Shown piece after piece: positions 1 to 9,486 of a stretch of 64,000 bases of DNA. Every line of letters starts with the position of its first letter. Position 1 is the first letter of the stretch. The notes under the pieces were generated by a model that saw nothing but the letters and a program-made list of their open reading frames with translations, had not been told where the DNA came from and did not search any database. A program made the translations under genes and the position numbers. Origin of the DNA: Savitreella phatthalungensis (taxonomy: Eukaryota); NCBI GenBank assembly GCA_051599415.1, contig AP039689.1:1-64000 (forward strand), written 5' to 3'.

Positions 1-106
1 GTTAGCGATAGCTTCGGCTAAGGTTAAGTACTTACTGCCTTTGTGTGTACAGCACCTACGTAAGGTTAAGGTTAAGACTAAGGTTAAGACTACTTTCTGC
101 CTTTGC
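1..106 (+). other. Residual Oxford Nanopore native-barcode/adapter sequence (NB06-like); assembly artefact, not genomic
   Basis: AAGGTTAA at 80-87 is followed by GACTACTTTCTGCCTTTGC (88-106). A noisier copy, AAGGTTAA...CAGCACCT, lies at 20-57. This matches the ONT native barcode layout AAGGTTAA-barcode-CAGCACCT and the start of NB06 as I recall it. Confidence 0.85.
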
Positions 107-224
107 CTAACCCTAACCCTAACCCTAACCCTAACCCTAACCCTAACCCTAACCCTAACCCTAACCCTAACCCTAACCCTAACCCTAACCCTAACCCTAA
201 CCCTAACCCTAACCCTAACCCTAA
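106..224 (+). repeat. Telomeric repeat tract (CCCTAA)n, about 20 units; left chromosome end
   Basis: Perfect CCCTAA tandem array with the C-rich strand on + at the contig start, followed by an A11 run (223-233). Confidence 0.97.
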
Positions 225-233
225 AAAAAAAAA

Positions 234-3060
234 CCCAGAGGTCGCTCAGCTTGTCGTCGACTACTGCGTGTACGTGGTGCCGATGCTGCGTGCACTCTGC
301 GGGGTTCGCGCGCCACAGGTGGCCTTCATGTTTGCGACTCTCGACAACCGGCCGCTGACGTCCGACCAGCTACGGAGGTCCCTGCAGGCCTGCTGCGCCA
401 GGGCTGGCTGCCCGCCAGTGAACCTTGCCCAGCTCCGCCAGATTGCCGAGGTCATCACCAGATCTTTCATGCCGGACGAAGGGTCGCCCGACACGCTCAT
501 GCGCAATGCATTCCTCAAGCAGAGCGGTCACACGGCGCACACGGCGACCCACCACTACGGACAGCTTGCGCAGGTCGGCCCCCTCCAGTACCTTGGACCT
601 GAGGATCGCATGGCCATCCTCGGTGCCAGCAGTGCCTGGCAGATGGTCTTTGGCATCAGGCCGGCAGGTCAGTCATCCGCTGAGCTGGACAGCGAGGTCT
701 CCAATCAGGTTAGCGACGCAAGATTGCTTGAGGCCGCCCAGTCAATCATCGGCGCTTCCACCAAAAATTTTGCCTGGAAGCCAGGGCAGCTCGACCTGAC
801 GAGGTTTCTTGTGAACGATCGTGGCTACAATGCCCTGGTCGTCCAGCAGACCGGCGCTGGCAAGACACTGCCCGTCATGGTGCTCGCCAGACTTGTGGCC
901 CCTCGCAACGGGGTCGTCGCCGTGGTGGCGCCTCTTGCGACCCTTCGTGTGGATCTGAAGCGACGTTTCCTCCACCATGGCATCAATGTCGCTGACTGGG
1001 CAGACGGCCCCCACAATTGCAAGGTCCATCTCGTGAGTGTTGAGGAAGGCACAACAACCAGACATATTGACTATCTGAAAAGACTGCATGCCGAAGGGAG
1101 GCTGGTCAAGATCATTGTGGACGAGGTCCACTCGGCCATCACGGCGTCAGGGTACAGAAACGTTATGGACTCATTGTTCACCCTATCAGGCATTGGAACG
1201 TCGATGCTCCTAATGACCGGCACCTTGCCGAGGAGCTGGCAGAATGACCTCGCAGAGAAGGTGTTGCGAGACCACCCCATGCCAACAATTGTCTTCCGGG
1301 ACCACGAAACCATCCGCAAGGACATCAGCCTGAATGTCGAGACCGTCCAGAGGCTCACCTCCAAGCTTGTGTCTGAGACAGTGCTGCGCCTGCTCGACCG
1401 CCACAGGATCAAGCCCGACGATCGTGCCATGGTCATCTGCAAGACAAGGCACGCAGCCACACAGCTGGCCGAGGAGAACAGCTGGCCGCTCATCCACGGG
1501 AGCGTCCACCATATCCAACGCGAGCGGATACTTGCTGCATGGCGGCAGGATTCCTCGAGACTCGTTATCGTGGGCACCACCGCCCTCGGCACCGGATTGG
1601 ACTGTGCAGATATCCGGCTTGTTGTGCACAGCAACGCGCCGTACTCTTTGATCGACTACGCACAGGAGATTGGCAGGGCAGGGCGCGATGGCAAGGGTGC
1701 GTGGTCATATGTTCTGATGCCGTCGGGAGGTTTCCTGCCTCCTGAGGACGAGAACCGAGACACTGCGGGCCTGCTATGGATCCAGTCTGTGCTGCAGATG
1801 AGAAGGCTGCTGAGTGCTGTCGAGTGCCGGACGGCAGTAATGCAGGACTTTCTTGATGGCAGACGAGCGACTTGCATCAATGCAGGCCGTCGGCTGTGTG
1901 ACCTCTGCCAGTCTCAGATCGACGAGAACTCCCAGCCAATCTTGACGGCCTCCCAGCTTGCAACAGCGCCCGTCAGGCGCGTCGAGGCAGACAACGCCGC
2001 ACCTCCGGTCACAGATATCACAGACGCCACAAGTGTGCTTGTGCACCCCACGGTTGACCTGACACTGGAGCCATCCAGTGGCAGACAGTCACCAAAACGT
2101 CGCCGAGAGACCGCTGATGTGTGCAGCAGCCCGTCGCCCTTGTACAGCAATCCCGGACCAAGCGTCCCACGATATAGTCGGCCGTCGGCACCTCAGCGCA
2201 ATGGGCCAGTGCGAGCGGCACTGGACCAGACATGGCCTTACCCTGGTACACATTCTCCCACTCCGTCCAACACATCACGAAGGACCGTGAGACGGGAACA
2301 CTCAGGTGTGCGCCGCAGCCCTGGAGACCTGATGGCGTTGCCACAGGTTCACAGCCAAGTGCCGTCGACGCCGAACGCATCCCTTGGGTTCGGGTTGCAC
2401 ACGACAGGCGCAGGTCGAGCGCCGGCCACACCAAACTCAGCAACGCAAGCACCCGGAACAGTACACTCTGCAGCTGTCTTGCTGAGGTCAACAAATGGCC
2501 AGACAGAGGCCAGGCTGTCTTTTGCCCAGCTGACAGAGTCTGAGCGCAGCAGACTTGACTACGCGCTGCAAAAGATGGTGGACTTCCTCACTGCCTACAA
2601 TGGCAAGTGCGCCGTCTGCCTGGCGTTTGACGAGGATTGCCGTGCTGAGAGCAAGGACAGCTGTGCCCGACACCGGCGCTTTGTGGCCGACAAGATGGAT
2701 GCTGCAAAGTACGACCACAAGATGGCTGTGTGTTATGTGTGCGACAATGCGATGAAAATATGCTATCTGGCGCGGAAGCAGCAGGACGCAACCAGCTGCG
2801 TGCTTGGGGACACAGTGCTGCCGCTTCTCTGGGGCCTGTATAGCAGACAGGATCCACATCTGTTGCGTGCCTTGAACCACTACTCGAGCTCTGAGGAGGA
2901 GGTGATAGCGATGTTGGTGAACGGCACCAGCTTTATCTCGCACCTTCGCCAACTCCGGTTCTGGGTTTTGTCTCTGCCTGCAAGTCTGGCGACCTTGCTT
3001 CTCTGGTCTCTCTTTGTCGAATCAGAGGGCTCGCTCAGGCGCGCCACACCAGCTTGCTAG
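234..3060 (+). CDS. Telomere-linked RecQ-family helicase (TLH-like), 5'-truncated by the telomere; first ATG at 283
   Basis: Open frame from the telomere junction. SF2 motifs QTGAGKT, DEVH, MTGT, GTTALGTGLD and QEIGRAGRDG are present, plus an RQC-like Zn site (CR...C...CDLC), a low-complexity linker and a C-terminal Cys/His cluster. No ATG precedes residues that already look conserved (PEVAQLVVDY). Confidence 0.88.
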
Positions 3061-3189
3061 GCAGCTTGAATCATCTTCACATTGACTTGTGCAAAATTAC
3101 TCGGAACTGTTCTGGTTGGTAAAAGTGATGATACATTCAAAGGTGTGCGCATTCTGGTGGATACCTTGCTAGGACTCCTGTCAACTCCG

Positions 3190-4348
3190 TCAGGTGCCCG
3201 TCGATGACGCTGCAGTGTCCGGCGAGTGCTTGTCGATGATACAGCAGAGGCCAGCGAGTGCCCGTCGATGATGCTGCAGCGTCCGGCGAGCGTCCGTCGA
3301 TGATGCTGCAGTGTCCAGCAAGTGATTGTCGATTGTGCTATAGTGTCTGACGACTGATTGTGGATCATCCTGTAGTGTCTGACAAGTGATCGTCAATCAT
3401 GCTATAGTGTCTGACGAGTGATTGTGGATCATCCTGTAGTGTCTGACAAGTGATTGTCAATCATGCTGTAGTGTCTGACAAGTGATCGTCAATCATGCTA
3501 TAGTGGGTGACGAGTGATCGTCCATCGTGCTGTAGTGTCCGGCGAGTGGTTGTCAATCATGCTGCAGGATCCAGCGAGTGATTGTCAATCATGCTGCAGG
3601 ATCCAGCGAGTGATTGTCAATTAAGCTGTAGTGTCCAGCGAGTGATTGTCCATTGTGCTATAGTGGGTGACGAGTGATTGTCCATCGTGCTATAGTGGGT
3701 GACGAGTGATCGCCAATCATGCTGAAGTGTCCGGCGAGTGATTGTTGATCATCCTGTAGTGTCTGGCGAGCGATTGGCGATCGTGTTATAGTGTCGGGCG
3801 AGTGATCATTGATTGTGCTGTAGTGTCTGGCGAGTGATTGTCAATTGTGTTGTAGTGTCTTGCGAGCAATTGGCGATCATGTTATAGTGTCGGGCGAGTG
3901 ATCATTGATTGTGCTGTAGTGTCTGGCGAGTGATTGTCAATCGTGTTGTAGTGTCTTGCGAGTGGTTGGCAATCGTGTTACAGTGTCGGGCGAGTGATCA
4001 TTGATTGTGCTGTAGTGTCCGGCGAGTGATTGTCAATCATGCTGCAGGATCCAGCAAGTGATTGTCAATCATGCTGCAGTGTCTGGCGAGTGATTGTCAA
4101 TCGTGCTGCAGTGTCTGGCGAGTGATTGTCAATCATGCTGCAGGATCCAGCAAGTGATTGTCAATCATGCTGCAGTGTCTGGCAAGTGATTGTCAATCGT
4201 GCTGCAGTGTCTGGCGAGTGATCGTCAATCATGCTGCAGTGTCTGGCGAGTGATTGTCCATCATGCTGTAGTGTCTGGCAAATGCTTGCTCTTGATAGTG
4301 TAGTGTCTTGCAAGTGCTTGTCGATGATGCTGTAGAATCTTGCGAGCA
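3190..4348. repeat. Subtelomeric array A: degenerate 32-bp tandem repeat, about 36 units
   Basis: Consensus is approximately GCGAGTGATTGTCAATCATGCTGCAGTGTCTG. 96-bp trimers start at 3767, 3863 and 3959. Confidence 0.93.
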
Positions 4349-4495
4349 CTCATTCATAATCCCATAACAAAATGTGCAAAGCTCTCAGACTGTCTTGTCA
4401 GAACATCAACATGACTTTCTTTTGGTCAATTCCAGCGAGGTGGTGAGACTTGCTGCAAATCACAACCTTGCAACCCAGAAAAGGACAGGGTTCTT

Positions 4496-5874
4496 GACAA
4501 ACGGCGCAACGCACAAAACAAACGGCGCCAAGTGCTTGCCCGGCATTTGACAAACGGCGCCAATTTGGTGGTCAGCTGTCTGACAAACGGCGCCAATCTC
4601 ATATGGATGCACGACAAACGGCGCCAAATCCTCACTAGGTGTTTGACAAACGGCGCCAATTTGGTGGTCAGCTGTTCGACAAACGGCGCCAAATCCTCAC
4701 TAGGTGTTTGACAAACGGCGCCAATTTGCTGGTCAGCTGTCTGACAAACGGCGCCAATTTCATATGGATGCACAGGACAAACGGCGCCAGATCCTCACTA
4801 GGTGTTTGACAAACGGCGCCAATTTAGTGGTCAGCTGTCTGACAAACGGCGCCAATCTCATATGGATGCATGACAAACGGCGCCAGGTCCTCACTAGGTG
4901 TTTGACAAACGGCGCCAATTTGCTGGTCAGGTGTTTGACAAACGGCGCCAAGTGCTCGCCCGGCGTTTGACAAACGGCGCCAGGTCCTCACTAGGTGTTT
5001 GACAAACGGCGCCAATTTGCTGGTCAGGTGTTTGACAAACGGCGCCAAGTGCTCGCCCGGCGTTTGACAAACGGCGCCAAATCCTCACTAGGTGTTTGAC
5101 AAACGGCGCCAATTTGGTGGTCAGCTGTCTGACAAACGGCGCCAATTTCATATGGATGCACAGGACAAACGGCGCCAGATCCTCACTAGGTGTTTGACAA
5201 ACGGCGCCAATTTGCTGGTCAGCTGTCTGACAAACGGCGCCAATTTCATATGGATGCACGACAAACGGCGCCAGATCCTCACTAGGTGTTTGACAAACGG
5301 CGCCAATTTGGTGGTCAGCTGTCTGACAAACGGCGCCAATCTCATATGGATGCACAACAAACGGCGCCAGGTCCTCACTAGGTGTTTGACAAACGGCGCC
5401 AATTTGGTGGTCAGCTGTCTGACAAACGGCGCCAATTTCATATGGATGCACGACAAACGGCGCCAGATCCTCACTAGGTGTTTGACAAACGGCGCCGATT
5501 TGGCGGTCAGGTGCCTGACAAACGGCGCCAATTTCAAATGGATGCACAGAACAAACGGCGCACAGGCAATCTATTTCCAAAAAACGGCGCCAATTTGCTG
5601 GTCAGGTGCCTGACAAACGGCGCCTCACATGACCAAAACTCGACAAACGGCGCCAAAATTGATATTTTTTGGAGATCAAATTATTTTTCTGAGGGCCTCC
5701 AGATAGGACCAAATTTTGTCTTTCCGGCCCCGCTGACAAACGGCGCCAAAATGGCGTCGGATGCACGACAAACGGCGCCAAATTTTCGTGCATTGCGCCG
5801 TTTGTCAGGCGAAAAAATTGCCCCTATCTAAACCAGGTCAAACAAACGGGGTCAAACGCGAGGAATATATCTAG
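4496..5874. repeat. Subtelomeric array B, copy 1: constant GACAAACGGCGCCA core alternating with a few 17-19 bp spacer types, plus a terminal cassette
   Basis: Roughly 40 cores. Units of 33, 31 and 32 bp form a 96-bp higher-order repeat. Ends in GGAATATATCTAG. Confidence 0.95.
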
Positions 5875-6012
5875 CTACTGCTGCATTCACTGCTGCTGCA
5901 TTCACTGCTGCTGCCGTTACTACTGCTGCATTCACTACTCCTGCTGTTCCTACTGCTGTTCCTACTGCTGCCACTGCTGCTGCCACTGCTGCTGCCACTG
6001 CTGCTGCTGCTG
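5875..6012. repeat. Degenerate (CTG/CTA)n trinucleotide microsatellite
   Basis: Runs of ctgctg/ctactg/ccactg directly after array B copy 1. Confidence 0.85.
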
Positions 6013-6159
6013 GCGGCCACCAGTGTAGCGCCTAGCTGGCGCTCGCCTGATTGCAGGGCCGGTTGCAGGGCCGAAATTTCACCAGCCACATGCTGCGCCA
6101 CAGAACCGTGCGATCGTGTCGGCAACGTCCTACAACCTTCAGAAGACAGGTTCTTGACG

Positions 6160-7600
6160 ACTGCCTAGTACCACTACCTCCTAGTACTACTACCTCCTAG
6201 TACTACTACCTTTTAGTACTACTACGGCCTGTTACTAGTGCCACCACCTAGTACCACTACAACCTACTGCTAGTACGACCTAGTAGGTGCGAAAAATGAT
6301 CGACTCGGCGACGACCTAGTACCACTACTGCCTAGTACTGCCACCTACCACCACAACCTAGTACTACCACCTAGTACTACTACGACCTAGTACAAGTACA
6401 ACCTACTGCTAGTACGACCTAGTAGGTGCGAAAAATGATCGACTCGGCGACGACCTGGCACCACCACCTAGTACTACCTAGCGCGACCTGGCACGGCCTA
6501 TTACTAGTACCACCACCTGGCACCACTACGACCTACTACTAGTACCACCATCTACTAGTACGACCTGGCACTGTAGAGTACTGCCACGAGTACTGCCACT
6601 TGGCACCACCTAGCACTGACTGCGACCGAGGCCGACCTGGTCCTGGTCACGTGACGGCACAAATCACGTGTGGGTGCCATTCAGGTCAACGAGCCAAATG
6701 GCACCTGCACGTGTGGGTGCCATTTAGGTCGACGAGCCAATTGGCACCTGCACGTGTGGGTGCCATTCAGGTCAACGAGCCAAATGGCACCCACACGTGT
6801 TTGACCTCGTGCGACTCGGCACTACTGGACCTACTACCTCGACCTAGTACTACCACCTAGTACTACTCCATCCTAGTACTACTACCAGCTACTACTACCA
6901 CCTAGGACTAGCACCTAGTAGGTGCGAAAAACGGACCGACTCGGCGACGACCTGGCGCCACCACCTAGTACTACCTAGCGCGACCTGGCACGGCCTATTA
7001 CTAGTACCACCACCTGGCACCACGACAACCTACTACTAGTACCACCACCTGCTAGTACGACCTGGCACTACCTAGCACCGACTGCGACCGAGGCCGACCT
7101 GGACCTGGTCACGTGACGGCACAAATCACGTGTGGGTGCCATTTAGGTCGACGAGCCAAATGGCACCTGCACGTGTGGGTGCCATTCAGGTCAACGAGCC
7201 AAATGGCACCCACACGTGTTTGACCTACTGCGACCTGGCACTACTACGACCTAGGACTACTACGACCTAGCACCACCACCTAGTACTACTACGACCTAGG
7301 ACTACCACCTAGTACTACTACCAGCTACTACTACCACCTAGGACTAGCACCTAGTAGGTGCGAAAATAGATCGACTCGGCGACGACCTAGCACGACCACC
7401 TAGTACTACCTAGCGCGACCTGGCACGGCCTATTACTAGTACCACCACCTGCCACCACTACGACCTACTACTAGTACCACCACCTGCTAGTGCCACCACC
7501 TGCTAGTACGACCTGGTAGCACTGAGTACTGCCACCTGGCACCACCTAGAACGGCCTAGTACCACCACCTAGTACAACCTACTACAATCTAGTACAACCA
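6160..7600. repeat. Subtelomeric array C: CTAGTACTACTACC-type low-complexity repeats with about 440-500 bp higher-order duplications and embedded inverted-repeat cassettes
   Basis: The block CTAGTAGGTGCGAAAA...GACTCGGCGACGACCT recurs at about 6279, 6419, 6915 and 7351. 43-bp IR cassettes lie at 6665-6799 and 7127-7218. Confidence 0.9.
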
Positions 7601-7632
7601 TGTCATTGTGCTCAAATGCCTTGTAGATCATT

Positions 7633-8891
7633 GACAAACAGCGCCAATCTCAAATGGATGCACACAACAAACGGCGCCAGGTCCTCACTAGGTGTTTGAC
7701 AATCGGCGCCAATTTGCTGGTCAGGTGCTGGACAAACGGCGCCAATCTCAAATGGATGCACGACAAACGGCGCCAGGTCATCACTAGGTGTTTGACAAAC
7801 GGCGCCAAACCCTCACTAGGTGTTTGACAAACGGCGCTAATTTCATATGGATGCACAGGACAAACGGCGCCAGATCCTCACTAGGTGTTTGACAAACGGC
7901 GCCAATTTGGTGGTCAGCTGTCTGACAAACGGCGCCAATTTCATATGGATGCACGACAAACGGCGCCAGGTCCTCACTAGGTGTTTGACAAACGGCGCCA
8001 ATTTGGTGGTCAGCTGTCTGACAAACGGCGCCAATTTCATATGGATGCACGACAAACGGCGCCAGGTCCTCACTAGGTGTTTGACAAACGGCGCCAATTT
8101 GGTGGTCAGCTGTCTGACAAACGGCGCCAATTTCATATGGATGCACGACAAACGGCGCCGATTTGCTGGTCATGTGCCTGACAAACGGCGCCAATTTCAA
8201 ATGGATGCACGACAAACGGCGCCAGGTCCTCACTAGGTGTTTGACAAACGGCGCCAATTTGCTGGTTAGCTGTCTGACAAACGGCGCCAATTTCATATGG
8301 ATGCACAGGACAAATGGCGCCAGATCCTCACTAGGTGTTTGACAAACGGCGCCAATTTGCTGGTCAGCTGCCTGACAAACGGCGCCAATTTCATATGGAT
8401 GCACGACAAACGGCGCCAGGTCCTCACTAGGTGTTTGACAAACGGCGCCAATTTGGTGGTCAGCTGTCTGACAAACGGCGCCAATTTCATATGGATGCAC
8501 GACAAACGGCGCCAATTTGCTGGTCATGTGCCTGACAAACGGCGCCAATTTCAAATGGATGCACAGAACAAACGGCGCACAGGCAATCTATTTCCAAAAA
8601 ACGGCGCCAATTTGCTGGTCAGGTGCCTGACAAACGGCGCCTCACATGACCAAAACTCGACAAACGGCGCCAAAATTGATATTTTTTGGAGATCAAATTA
8701 TTTTTCTGAGGGCCTCCAGATAGGAGCAAATTTTGTCTTTCCGGCCCCGCTGACAAACGGCGCCAAAATGGCGTCGGATGCACGACAAACGGCGCCAAAT
8801 TTTCGTGCATTGCGCCGTTTGTCAGGCGAAAAAATTGCCCCTATCTAAACCAGGTCAAACAAACGGGGTCAAACGCAAGGAATATATCTAG
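7633..8891. repeat. Subtelomeric array B, copy 2 (direct repeat of copy 1); marks the proximal subtelomere boundary
   Basis: Same core and spacers as copy 1. Terminal 8528-8891 is nearly identical to 5511-5874 (offset 3017). Confidence 0.95.
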
Positions 8892-9486
8892 TTTTCAGAC
8901 TTCTTTGCAAGCGGTTTACACCTTTTCACTGCTTTGATCGGCCATAGTACCTCATCCATATGATCAAGAACCGAAGATTGGTCTTGTCGGGGCGCTATTG
9001 TTGAGTGATGTTCAGTGATGTGAAAGATATATCCTGTGCACATGCAATCGTTTTTCCGCCTTGAAATAACTCGAGATTGGTCTGGATGCGTGGTCTGCAT
9101 GATTTACTGGGTTGCGTCAAATTGCGCATACAGTGTGTACTGATAAACGCTGGTAGCACTGGAACTCATAGGCTCTCTTTGTGTATTGAATCTGGGACGA
9201 GCACTCCTGCATTGTAGCCTTGACCCCGAATTGGACTTTCATTCCACCTGCCCAACACGTTCTAATTACCTCCACGTGACACAGCCTTCATCGATCTCAT
9301 GTCGAGCATCTGTCACGCCATCACGAAGGTTCCAGCTCACCACTACGGTCGTGGATCTCTTGGTCAAATTTTGCCTGGAACCCTCCTTTCCTGGTCAGTA
9401 ATGCGAGTCTTGATAGTCATAGAATTGGCATTGCGCTATGAGGCACAGTGTGGCTCTGTCAAATGAGATTCGCAACGAAGCTGTAT

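Noticed and set aside
103..233. (PN)n N-terminus of the 985-aa ORF and the (TL)n ORF at 41-358
   Set aside because: These are translations of telomere repeats; the start codons are non-ATG and lie in barcode artefact.
223..233. A11 run as the poly(A) tail of a telomere-targeted retrotransposon
   Set aside because: It lies 5' of the gene, on the wrong side for a tail, and no RT or endonuclease motifs are present.
4161..8848. Many repetitive ORFs (LAPFVKHL..., CLTNGAN..., poly-Ser)
   Set aside because: They are by-products of the 96-bp and 3-bp periodicity, are open on both strands, mostly have non-ATG starts and are broken by frameshifts.
4496..8891. Array B as a CRISPR array
   Set aside because: The core is only 14 bp, spacers are short and reused cyclically rather than unique, there are no cas genes, and the context is a eukaryotic subtelomere.
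8830..8892. CTAG-T end of array B as a Helitron 3' terminus
   Set aside because: There is no GC-rich hairpin about 11 nt upstream of CTAG, the first copy is followed by C, and the helicase is SF2 RecQ-type rather than Rep/Pif1.
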